This document shows positions 1 to 9,002 of a stretch of 15,154 nucleotides of DNA, piece by piece (the stretch's first letter is position 1; the number at the start of each line of letters is the position of its first letter). This stretch comes from Pseudobacteriovorax sp. (GTDB lineage Bacteria > Bdellovibrionota_B > Oligoflexia > Oligoflexales > Oligoflexaceae). The position numbers and the translations under genes were made by a program. The notes beneath the pieces are model-generated. The model did not search any database, had not been told where the DNA came from, and saw nothing but the letters and a program-made list of their open reading frames with translations. The stretch is from NCBI GenBank assembly GCA_050293845.1, contig JBNKNM010000130.1, positions 1-15,154 of the forward strand, given 5' to 3'.

Positions 1-1275
1 AACAACTATCCTGTAAAAATCTATCAAAATCCACTCTATTTAAATATTGAACAAAAATATCATATTAAACACCGGGCTCGCGACAATGTTGGTTATGGCA
101 GCCATGACATTAGTGAAAACTTTGTGGTGGACTTGAATGCTCCTCAAACGCAAGCTTCCATACAAAACAATTTCCAGGGTTCTATACTGTCCACTGATTC
201 CATCATAAGACTTAGTTCCAAAGATAATCTAGCGGGTGTCAAAAAAATTCTGTACAAGTTTAATAATCAGGAAAATTATAGTGATTACGATGAATCTGTA
301 GGTATTTCCGTTTCTAACTTAGATGATGGCAGCCAAATTTTAAAGTACTACTCAGAAGACAGAGTTGCTAACAAAGAAGTTCCTAAAGAAATGTTTTTCA
401 AACTAGATCGCACTTCTCCTAGTATTGCCTACACGTTTTCAGGTAATTATTTTGTGAGCGGTAAATTAAGTTATATATCTTCCCGTACGCGTATAGTCTT
501 AGATGCTAGCGACAATCATGTAGCCGTAAAAGCAGTAAAATATGCCATTAATGACGGTCAAGAAAAAATCTATAAAGCTCCATTCAAGCCACAAGTTGAA
601 CAGGGAAAATGGCAACTGCACTATAGTGTTACTGATGCACTAAATAATCAAAGTACACGCTTTATGAAGGAGATTATTATGGATACTACTCCTCCTAAAT
701 CCAAGCATACTATTACTGGAATTACATACACAGATAGAAATAAAGTTGTATACCTTAATCAAGAATCGACCATAGCTTTAAGTTCAAAAGATGAGCTTTC
801 TGGAGTCGCTAATATTCAATACCAACTAAATGGGGTATCTCCTACTTCCTACTCTCAATCATTTACTCTTCCCCGTGAAGGTCGATTTTTGTTCCGTTAT
901 TGGGCAACTGATAATGTTAACAATCAAGAACAGTATCAACCTATACTATTAATTTCCGATCGCAGCGCTCCAGAAATCACACATACTTTTAGTACGGAAC
1001 CTTTGGGTTTTCAAAAAAATGCAGGAAGAGAGATAGCTGTATACCCTCAAGGAGTTTCGATAGCCATTTCCGCTCGCGACAGTTCTTCAGGAATAAAAAG
1101 TGTACAGTATAACATAGAAAGAGACAAATGGATTGAATATTCAAAAAGGTTAACGTTCAACCAGCCTGGTAAATACCAAGTCAAGATCAAATGTCAAGAC
1201 AATGTCAATAATGAACAATTAGCAACTTTAAGTTTTGAAGTGGTCGATCAACAATGGAATCAAATGGCTCATTAA
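1..1275 (+). CDS. OmpL47-type Ig-like repeat protein, 5'-truncated by the window edge
   Basis: Frame 1 is open from base 1 (NNYPVKIYQNP...RARDNVGY...ENFVVDLNAP), so the start at 124 is internal. It has four complete and one partial ~90-aa repeats: D-x-x-x-P ... D-x-x-S/A-G-V ... Y ... D-x-V-x-N-x-E. Confidence 0.8.
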   Translation, partial: NNYPVKIYQNPLYLNIEQKYHIKHRARDNVGYGSHDISENFVVDLNAPQTQASIQNNFQGSILSTDSIIRLSSKDNLAGVKKILYKFNNQENYSDYDESVGISVSNLDDGSQILKYYSEDRVANKEVPKEMFFKLDRTSPSIAYTFSGNYFVSGKLSYISSRTRIVLDASDNHVAVKAVKYAINDGQEKIYKAPFKPQVEQGKWQLHYSVTDALNNQSTRFMKEIIMDTTPPKSKHTITGITYTDRNKVVYLNQESTIALSSKDELSGVANIQYQLNGVSPTSYSQSFTLPREGRFLFRYWATDNVNNQEQYQPILLISDRSAPEITHTFSTEPLGFQKNAGREIAVYPQGVSIAISARDSSSGIKSVQYNIERDKWIEYSKRLTFNQPGKYQVKIKCQDNVNNEQLATLSFEVVDQQWNQMAH

Positions 1276-4200
1276 AATTAGTTTTAGGTCTCGGCCTCTA
1301 CATAAGCAATTTTTGTGCATATGGCAAAGCAGATGTCGATTCTAGCTCGAAAAAAAAACCCTTATGCCCTCTTCAATCTTATTATCAGGTACAAAAACGA
1401 AAGTTTTTTGTACCTAGTACATTGGGCTACCGCTTTCTCATTCAATCTCAATCAGAAAACAGCCCTATGATTCCCCTTTCAAAGACAACTGTAAATCCGG
1501 AAAAATACCTTCAATTTATCGAAGGTCAGCATGATATTCCAGTAAGTTCCTCAACAAAGCAAAACTATACTTTAATTTCAGATGGTTCCCCTCCAAGTAC
1601 CAAGGTAGGCATCAGCAACTCCCCTCGTATAGAAAAAGATGGTTGGATGTATTACGGCAAAGGTTTTTTCCTATCAGTGACTTCAAAAGATCAGATCTCA
1701 GGAGTCAAGCATATTTTTTGGTCGGAAAATAACTCAGATTATATTTCGTTAAAAAAAGATAAGATTGGATATGCTAAGGACGGAGTTTATCGCGTTTCCT
1801 ACTTCGCATGTGATATGGTTGGAAATAGAGAGACCTTAAGAAACATACGATTTAAAATTGATGTCAGCGCTCCAAAATCGATACTACGTGAAATCAAAAA
1901 TAATTTTACCATATTGAATCCACAGTCTTTTATTTCTTTGTTAAGTCAAGATAACGGAACTGGTGTACATAGTATCTTTTACAAGTTTGATCAAAGTCAT
2001 GAGTTTACGAAATATAACAGTGAGCTATCCCTAGGCCATCTCACTGCAGGAAAACACGCGATTACATACTATGCCAAGGATTTATTGGGTAACATGGAAG
2101 AGCATAAAACTCATGATTTCTTCTTTGACCCTCAGCCACCAAAGCTTGATATCGCCATGCCAATTAGCAGTTTTCAAGATGGTGACATTCACTACTTATC
2201 ACTTGCAACTCCCATTATTTTTTCAGCCGTTGATGAAGAATCGCAGATCTTTAGCAAAAAATTATGGATTGATAAAAAAGCTTGGCCGGAAATAGAAAAA
2301 CCAATTTATTTGGAAGGTAAGGAAAGATTGCTAGTCATCACTGGTGAAGGCAAAGATAAGGCAGGAAATACGGCTAAAATTGAAAGAAAAATATTCTTAG
2401 ATACCCAACCACCTACTATAGAACATGAAATTCTGGGACCAGCTTTTAAAAAAAATGATCTTTATATTGCAACACTTCCGCTTAGAGTGCGTTTGAGAGC
2501 CGAGGATACAGCTTCGGGAGTCAAGGAGATCTTCTTTTGCCTTAACGATAGTCCCTGCCAAATTTATAAGGATAATATAGCCATCAATGATCCGGGAGCT
2601 CTCAAGCTCAGCTATTACGCAGTTGATAAAGTAGCTCAAAAAAGTCCGTTACGCACTCTTAACTTTAGACTCAAAAAAGCTGCGGTGGCAAAGGATATTA
2701 AGATCGCAGCCGTAAAGCGATCTTGGGTGTCCCACCCCAGTTATGGTGCTATTGGACCGCATGACAGACCTTTTAGACTTGTTATTAGTGACACTCCTGA
2801 TGATAGTGGTCATCAGTTCTTTTTGACTTTACCTCATGATGCGTTGCAAAAAGAGGACATCATAGATTCTTTCCGCCATTTTATTGTTAGTGCTGCTGGA
2901 TACAGTGCAAAATTAAAAATTCCTATAGATCAAACTTCTCCGATCACTAAACATAAGTATAACAATTCCAGTAGCTATGAAATTAATAGCAAAGCTTTTT
3001 TCGGACATAACTTATCAATCTCCCTAAGCGCTATAGACGAAACATCACTCCCTCAATCTGGAGTTAAGAATATTTTTTTCAGCATTAATGGTGAGCCTTA
3101 TGCAGTGTATAAAAATAACTTAGATACTTTTATTCGCGAGCAAAATTATGTGGTAAAATATTATGCCATAGATCGCGTTGGTAATAGAGAGGATGTAAAA
3201 ACGTTGAAATTCCTGGTAGATCTATCACCTCCAAAAACCAAAGTTTCCTATAACCCACCTTTTTATAGGAATATCATAAGACGTGATAAAGGACTTGATT
3301 TAGAAGGAGAGGACGCTTTATCAGGACTAAAGCAAATTTATTTTCGTTTTAATAAGGATCAATATCAAAAATATCACCCTAAAAAGTTAGCTACTGTCAT
3401 AGCGACACTAAAAGCCGGTAATCACGTCCTTAACTTTTATGGTGTGGATCAAGTGGGAAATCTCGAAAAGGAAAATACTGTTGAAATTAAAATTGATGAT
3501 CTCCCCCCTCTACTCTCTTTCCATATGGAAGGTCAATCACATACGATTGGTCAGAACCTGTATGTCGACCGCCATGCTAGGATTAAAGCAATTGCCAAAG
3601 ATGATTTCAGTGGAACCCATCAAATATCTTATCGTATTGATGACGGTAGTATTACAACTTACCAAGATCCCATTCAAGTGACATCAATACCAAATCAAAG
3701 TAACATTGAGATATGGGCTGAAGATAATCTTCACCAGCAATCTCATTCCATTAAGTACCAGGTTATTCAAGATCAAACTCATCCCCAAACCAATATCACA
3801 TTCAAGGGTACTAGCTATCGGTACGAAGATAAAATTTATATCCAACCGGATACCACCATTAAACTCAAAGGTGATGATGAAGAATCAGGAGTAGCAGCGA
3901 CTTATTATCGCATAAACGCAGGAGAATACGAAAAGTTTCATAATGTACTAAAATTTAAAGATAAAGGAGAAAAGCAGTTAACTTTTTATAGTACTGACTA
4001 TGTTGGCAATCGAGAGCCTCCACAAACTTATCGCATTATTGTTGACAGTGAATCGCCGCAAATTTATATTACCACAAATGAAGGACAGCAAATTAATACT
4101 GCGCAAACGATCTCTAAAGGGTCGTTAATTTATATTTCTGCTATTGATACTCATGCAGGAATCAAAAGTATATCCTATAGCATCAATGGACAACAGTCAA

Positions 4201-4316
4201 AGTTATACCGTCATCCGATTGCTGTCAATTACGATAAGTCCATGCGTTTGGAAATTAAGGCCACTGATTTTATGGGAGCAGTGAAGCAAGCTACATGGAA
4301 CTACAAGGTGAGATGA
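1254..4316 (+). CDS. Secreted OmpL47-type Ig-like repeat protein (signal peptide, 9 repeats, 2 cap segments)
   Basis: 1020-aa ORF with a hydrophobic N-terminus (LKLVLGLGLYISNFCAYG). Nine repeats start DGSPP, DVSAP, DPQPP, DTQPP, DQTSP, DLSPP, DDLPP, DQTHP and DSESP, most with DxxSGV and DxVGNxE motifs. Confidence 0.8.
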   Translation: MESNGSLKLVLGLGLYISNFCAYGKADVDSSSKKKPLCPLQSYYQVQKRKFFVPSTLGYRFLIQSQSENSPMIPLSKTTVNPEKYLQFIEGQHDIPVSSSTKQNYTLISDGSPPSTKVGISNSPRIEKDGWMYYGKGFFLSVTSKDQISGVKHIFWSENNSDYISLKKDKIGYAKDGVYRVSYFACDMVGNRETLRNIRFKIDVSAPKSILREIKNNFTILNPQSFISLLSQDNGTGVHSIFYKFDQSHEFTKYNSELSLGHLTAGKHAITYYAKDLLGNMEEHKTHDFFFDPQPPKLDIAMPISSFQDGDIHYLSLATPIIFSAVDEESQIFSKKLWIDKKAWPEIEKPIYLEGKERLLVITGEGKDKAGNTAKIERKIFLDTQPPTIEHEILGPAFKKNDLYIATLPLRVRLRAEDTASGVKEIFFCLNDSPCQIYKDNIAINDPGALKLSYYAVDKVAQKSPLRTLNFRLKKAAVAKDIKIAAVKRSWVSHPSYGAIGPHDRPFRLVISDTPDDSGHQFFLTLPHDALQKEDIIDSFRHFIVSAAGYSAKLKIPIDQTSPITKHKYNNSSSYEINSKAFFGHNLSISLSAIDETSLPQSGVKNIFFSINGEPYAVYKNNLDTFIREQNYVVKYYAIDRVGNREDVKTLKFLVDLSPPKTKVSYNPPFYRNIIRRDKGLDLEGEDALSGLKQIYFRFNKDQYQKYHPKKLATVIATLKAGNHVLNFYGVDQVGNLEKENTVEIKIDDLPPLLSFHMEGQSHTIGQNLYVDRHARIKAIAKDDFSGTHQISYRIDDGSITTYQDPIQVTSIPNQSNIEIWAEDNLHQQSHSIKYQVIQDQTHPQTNITFKGTSYRYEDKIYIQPDTTIKLKGDDEESGVAATYYRINAGEYEKFHNVLKFKDKGEKQLTFYSTDYVGNREPPQTYRIIVDSESPQIYITTNEGQQINTAQTISKGSLIYISAIDTHAGIKSISYSINGQQSKLYRHPIAVNYDKSMRLEIKATDFMGAVKQATWNYKVR

Positions 4317-6169
4317 TGCTTCTACTACTAATCATTTATGCAATAACATATACTTCCCAAGTTCTGGCGCAAGAAAAAGAGTTTTTCTTGAAACAGTTTG
4401 AAGGCAATCAAAACCAAGCAACTAGGGCTCCTGTAAGTGACTTGCTAGAAGATAAACGCGGACTTATCTATGTAGCCAATCAGTATGGATTACTAGAATA
4501 TGATGGCATCCAGTGGCGTCATATAAACCTTCCACATAACCAGCCTGCCCTTGCATTAGGAGCTGATCACAACGGTCGTGTGTATGTTGCCGGACAGGCC
4601 AACATCGGCTATCTTTCTCCTGATTTGACCGGTAAAATGATATATAAATCCCTTATTGAGGAAGTTCCCAGTCACCTTATCCCAGAGATCAAAGGTTATC
4701 TATCCATAAGCTATTTTGGTGAGAAAATAGCATTTATTTCTGAAAATTTTGTTTTGATTTGGGATGGTCATCATATGGAAAGTATTGAGACTCCTTTTAA
4801 AATATATGCAGGAATAGGTTTTAAAGATCAGCTTTATGTTTCAACAGATACCAAGGGATTTATGATTCTTAAAAAGGAAGGCTTTAGTCCAGTACCTGGC
4901 GGTAGAAACTTTACTGCTTCAAGCTTTATCACAGTTGATAGTCAATTAAACGCTGGTACCTTGGGCCGTGGTATTAACGAAATTAAATGGGTGAACGATA
5001 GCGTGACCTTTCAAGGCCTTAAGAATCATGATCCCTCTATGTTTAAAGGATTCCAGATTAGTCATTTTCAAATTAGAGATTCAATCGCCTTTACAGGAAC
5101 TATCGGTGGAGGTCTTAATATATTTGACCTCAAACATCGAAAGAGAATAGAGCTTTCATCTAAAACCAAGCAAGCACTAGGGGATGATATTTTTGCCATC
5201 AAGGCAGATCGTAGAGGTCGTATCTGGCTTGGTACGAACCATGGTATCTATGTCCTTATGGATAAACAACCTTCCTCCTCTCCAGTAGGGAAGGTGGCTT
5301 CCCAGGAATTTATAGCCTATATTAGAAGTTGCTTAAGTTTGAAGGATCAGAGTACCGTTTTTGGTGGAGCTTTTTTTAAAGAAATTGGAGGCGTGCAAAC
5401 TTTAGAAGCTTCTGAACTGAACAAACCCACATTGGCATTCGCCCAAAACTCCCTTCGCTTTACCTATTCCTCAAGTGACCTTGTTAATGCAGATATTATA
5501 GAATATCAAACTTACCTTGAAGGTTTTGATAGTCAGTGGTCCGATTGGTCTGAACGAACCTATCGCGAATTTACTAATCTGGTATGGAAGGAATATCAAT
5601 TCCATGTTAGAGCACGTCGCGGTGATGGAACTATTAGTAAAGAAGCAAGGTTCGAATTTACTATAGATCCTCCTTGGTATGAGCAGTATTGGTTTTATAG
5701 CTTGCAATTATTTATCCTAACTATTGTATTTTTAATCGTGGTATACATCAATGGCTGGACAGATCCCACACAGAGAAAGGATAGATCAAAAAAACTAAAC
5801 AACATCATCGTTGGTACTATTTGGGGTTATTCTTTCAGTAAAATAGGTGTACAGGGAGCTTTATGGGCATTTTCGGGAGGGGCTGCTTTCTTAGCTGTAA
5901 TATCAAAAGTGGTTATGGGTATTTTTCTTAAACCGATGCAAAAGAAGGTAGAGCTTAAAATTATCGATTCCCAGAAAAACCTGGTTAAAAAACTTCAAAG
6001 AAAACAGAAATCTAAAGAAAAAAGAATTGAGAATATTCAAATAAGTGTTGCTCAAAAGATACGACCAGGGAAGGCTAAAAAAGAAGCCATGAACGCAAAC
6101 AGACCTTATATTCGCTCCCGTCCTACTTCGCAAAATCTTAGACTTAAGAAGCAGCGCATGTCTCACTAA
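4313..6169 (+). CDS. Beta-propeller + Y_Y_Y (triple-tyrosine) sensor-like membrane protein with C-terminal TM helices and basic tail
   Basis: Likely start at the ATGA overlap (4313) after AAGGTGAG, with signal peptide MMLLLLIIYAITYTSQVLAQ. Propeller blades (EDKRGLIYVANQYGLLEYDG; ADRRGRIWLGTNHGI) are followed by a Y_Y_Y domain (YQTYLEGFDSQWSDW...FTNL...YQFHVRAR...FTIDPPWY) and 2-3 hydrophobic segments. Confidence 0.8.
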   Translation: MMLLLLIIYAITYTSQVLAQEKEFFLKQFEGNQNQATRAPVSDLLEDKRGLIYVANQYGLLEYDGIQWRHINLPHNQPALALGADHNGRVYVAGQANIGYLSPDLTGKMIYKSLIEEVPSHLIPEIKGYLSISYFGEKIAFISENFVLIWDGHHMESIETPFKIYAGIGFKDQLYVSTDTKGFMILKKEGFSPVPGGRNFTASSFITVDSQLNAGTLGRGINEIKWVNDSVTFQGLKNHDPSMFKGFQISHFQIRDSIAFTGTIGGGLNIFDLKHRKRIELSSKTKQALGDDIFAIKADRRGRIWLGTNHGIYVLMDKQPSSSPVGKVASQEFIAYIRSCLSLKDQSTVFGGAFFKEIGGVQTLEASELNKPTLAFAQNSLRFTYSSSDLVNADIIEYQTYLEGFDSQWSDWSERTYREFTNLVWKEYQFHVRARRGDGTISKEARFEFTIDPPWYEQYWFYSLQLFILTIVFLIVVYINGWTDPTQRKDRSKKLNNIIVGTIWGYSFSKIGVQGALWAFSGGAAFLAVISKVVMGIFLKPMQKKVELKIIDSQKNLVKKLQRKQKSKEKRIENIQISVAQKIRPGKAKKEAMNANRPYIRSRPTSQNLRLKKQRMSH

Positions 6170-6323
6170 TGACTCTCTACACGCAATTACTTACTACGCT
6201 TGTAAAGACTATTTCTTATCTATAAAAAAAGCTGTGCTATCGATAAGTAACTAGTGAAATCACTCATTATAATTTTTTTGCTATTACCCGATGGAATAAT
6301 AGATTCACTATATGAGGCGATAT

Positions 6324-8099
6324 ATGGGAGATGCTGCAAAGAAAATCCAAGATTCTATTGATGATAATTCAGAATCTGTATCTGAAAATGACTCTAAGAT
6401 CAAGATTCAAAATTTAACTGAGAATCCAGATCCGAATCAAATCGAGGATGACAACCAGGAGAATGGCTCTAACCTCAATCCCTCTCTTAACAATGTTAAA
6501 GAGAAAGTCACTAATTTTTTAAATGACAAGCAGCAATCTACTTTATCTCTTTTGACCCTCTCATTAGCTTTCACCGATGACCGGGAATGCGATGAAAATC
6601 ATCATTTTATCAAATTACTAGATCAGACATTAACAAATGACATGCATCTTGTTGACGCTTGCTTGCTTTTTGAAGAAAAAAGAGAGGCATTGAACCTTTT
6701 ACTAGATAATCTTGAAACTATCGAACAACAAGCAGCAGCTATTGAAACACTACATTTCTTTTTAAAAGATAAGAAAATCGATCCAGCATCTCGCCAGAAC
6801 ACGTCTTTAAACTATCAAAACATTCAATCCAAAATCACTAGCGATGATGTATTGAAAGACATTGTAGCATTCTATTTACAACTAAACTTAAAAAAAGCTA
6901 AAATGAATGATTCTTCCGCTGATCCTGAAGAAATTTTCTTAACCTTACTCCCTCACCTACAAGATAAGTATACATTAAAAGAGATGATACGATCACGATA
7001 CCAGGGACGCTGGTCAACGGTATTAAATAAATCCCAACAGCAAGTACTCGGGATTAAGAAACGCTTAAGCATACTGCATGCACCTTTTCAAACGGCTCAC
7101 TATTCCACCCATTGTTTGACACAAAACAAAGTCATCGCTTTGCTTGATCAAGAGATTGGCTTTCCCAAACAACTCGAAGAAGAAGAAACTTACACTCTTC
7201 TTGGTGCTGTTGGTCATGCATCTTCTGCTGACGGCCAGCAAACAGATGCCGCCGAAGCTACATATATCAAGGGACTTATCGAAAGGCTTAAAATTCAGGT
7301 TAATGTTAAAAAGTTTTCTCAGTATGTAAGTTTTGGATTGGATGAACTTTTAGCAAAAGTGGAAATGATTGAATTGCAACATGCTATTTATTACGAGGCT
7401 TTAAGTGTCGTTGTTGCCAACCTTGAAATTGATGATGATGAAAAGATACTTTTAGATAAGATAAGGGATACCTTTCATATCGATGAACAAAAGGTTATCC
7501 AGATGCATACGAAGTACTATCTTGACAGTGGTTTAAGGGGGGCTCTAGATAGCCTCAAGAATATACCTATTACAGAAAGTAAAAATGGCTGCATGCATCG
7601 CCTTCAAGAAGTACTTGTTGAAGCCGATCTTGTTCCTCTTAAAGAAATGGTACCTCTAGCTATTCAATACCTTGAGCGTATTGAGACGGTAAAACTTCCA
7701 CAGGAAGCGCCAACAGAAGTTCGTATGGCTGTTTTTTCGTTGGTAGGAAACGCTATGAGACTGGATAACAAGTTTGATGATGATGAGAAAAAATTTCTGA
7801 TTTCAGTCATGAATGAATTTGAACTTTCCAGTGATGACCTCAAGTCCCACGCAAAAATAATGAAGGAACTCAACCTTAAAGATCTTTGTAAAATAATCAA
7901 GAGCTGGGCTCGCAAACATAACCAAGATGCCCTGTTACCAGCTCTTGTCTATTATGTTTTAAAGGCATTTGCAGCCGACGGCGTGATTGATCCTGAGGAA
8001 GTTGCTTTTAAAGATCTATTTTTTAAAGAACTTGGTTTAAAAGCTCCCCCATATGCCAGAATGCTTTTAAGAGTCGTCTTGGAAGAGGTTATTATATAA
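6324..8099 (+). CDS. Multi-domain TerB-like (tellurite resistance B fold) protein
   Basis: Repeated TerB-type acidic motifs: SSADGQQTDAAE, VANLEIDDDE, RLDNKFDDDE, AADGVIDPEE, plus degenerate N-terminal copies. ATG 6324 follows GAGG; ATG 6312 is the alternative start. Confidence 0.7.
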   Translation: MGDAAKKIQDSIDDNSESVSENDSKIKIQNLTENPDPNQIEDDNQENGSNLNPSLNNVKEKVTNFLNDKQQSTLSLLTLSLAFTDDRECDENHHFIKLLDQTLTNDMHLVDACLLFEEKREALNLLLDNLETIEQQAAAIETLHFFLKDKKIDPASRQNTSLNYQNIQSKITSDDVLKDIVAFYLQLNLKKAKMNDSSADPEEIFLTLLPHLQDKYTLKEMIRSRYQGRWSTVLNKSQQQVLGIKKRLSILHAPFQTAHYSTHCLTQNKVIALLDQEIGFPKQLEEEETYTLLGAVGHASSADGQQTDAAEATYIKGLIERLKIQVNVKKFSQYVSFGLDELLAKVEMIELQHAIYYEALSVVVANLEIDDDEKILLDKIRDTFHIDEQKVIQMHTKYYLDSGLRGALDSLKNIPITESKNGCMHRLQEVLVEADLVPLKEMVPLAIQYLERIETVKLPQEAPTEVRMAVFSLVGNAMRLDNKFDDDEKKFLISVMNEFELSSDDLKSHAKIMKELNLKDLCKIIKSWARKHNQDALLPALVYYVLKAFAADGVIDPEEVAFKDLFFKELGLKAPPYARMLLRVVLEEVII

Positions 8100-8155
8100 T
8101 ATCTAACTGGAAATACTTAGTAAATTAGCCTAAACTAGTCTTTTACAAATATTTC

Positions 8156-8182
8156 TTAACATTCCTCCCCATTTTCCGATAG
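8156..8182 (+). promoter_or_regulatory. Putative sigma28 (FliA)-type promoter
   Basis: TTAA-N15-TCCGATAG versus consensus TAAA-N15-GCCGATAA, ending 28 nt upstream of the lipoprotein ATG. Confidence 0.45.
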
Positions 8183-8210
8183 ATATCCCCGGATATTTAA
8201 GGGGGCCAAA

Positions 8211-8987
8211 ATGTTACATTTATGTAAAGTATTATTAACTTTAATCCTTACCTGTTTGCTAGCTTCATGCTTAGAGTCAGACGCTCAATTCAATAGCTTG
8301 AACCAGGAAAAAGACGATGAACTAGCCATTGAAGCTACTGATGCTATTTCAGTACCTCCAGAACCATTTGATACAGAAGAAAGTGTCGAATACCATGAGA
8401 AATTCGATTTGTGCAGTCATCTTGAAAAAAAGGTTAAAAATTCGGTTCTACAATTTCCAGCTACCGAAGCTTGCACCTTTGGTATGGGGGATAACTTAGA
8501 GGCTAAAGACAGTTTTCTCCAAGCCATTGTTTCACAAACCTCACAGGTTAAGCTAGAGGGTCGTAAAACTGTTCTTTGTGATCTGAAGATGACCACAGTA
8601 AGCCCCGAGCTGCAGTACGATGACTTCATCGTTCTCACAATCAATGATCGCGTACTAATGTCCAGCAATCAAGAAATCCTGAAATTTCTTGATTATGACA
8701 CATCGTATCAATGGAATTTCAAAAAAGCGCGGGGAAACATGCTGGACTTCAGTGGCCAGGCCTATTGTTTTGGAAATGAATTGAGCCTTTGCGAAATTCC
8801 TGAGACCGACACTTTTGGCAAGCTAAAGTTAGACTTTAACTCGGAAGTCATGGCTCAGTTAGCAAGCAACCTAAAAACAAAAGATACACTTAATTTCCAG
8901 CTCATTTCCACAGGAGACAATGATCCAGATGACTGTCTACACAGCGATTTTTCCTTGAGTTATGAGTTGAAGTATGTCAGTTACTGA
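8211..8987 (+). CDS. Cys-rich lipoprotein of unknown function
   Basis: Lipobox LAS|C after a hydrophobic stretch, an acidic linker, and six further Cys in the mature domain ending TGDNDPDDCLHS. RBS AAGGGGG. Confidence 0.7.
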   Translation: MLHLCKVLLTLILTCLLASCLESDAQFNSLNQEKDDELAIEATDAISVPPEPFDTEESVEYHEKFDLCSHLEKKVKNSVLQFPATEACTFGMGDNLEAKDSFLQAIVSQTSQVKLEGRKTVLCDLKMTTVSPELQYDDFIVLTINDRVLMSSNQEILKFLDYDTSYQWNFKKARGNMLDFSGQAYCFGNELSLCEIPETDTFGKLKLDFNSEVMAQLASNLKTKDTLNFQLISTGDNDPDDCLHSDFSLSYELKYVSY

Positions 8988-9002
8988 AGGACTAGACATT
9001 TT

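Noticed and set aside
1350..1358. A9 run near the 5' end of the large Ig-repeat gene as a phase-variation tract
   Set aside because: It encodes a Lys run in AT-rich DNA where A7-A9 runs recur, and the frame is intact.
4295..4312. Start at 4295 giving a second 22-nt overlap that mirrors 1254-1275
   Set aside because: The ATGA overlap at 4313, with upstream AAGGTGAG and an immediate signal peptide, is more plausible. The matching overlap lengths are likely coincidence.
1..4316. Repeats as a CRISPR array, DNA tandem repeat or DGR template/variable pair
   Set aside because: The repetition is visible only at protein level and is highly diverged. No near-identical nucleotide repeats, cas genes or reverse transcriptase were seen.
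6221..6294. Two CGAT-containing sigma28-like motifs upstream of the TerB-like gene
   Set aside because: The -35 elements (TATA/CTAT) and spacing fit poorly; too weak to call in AT-rich DNA.
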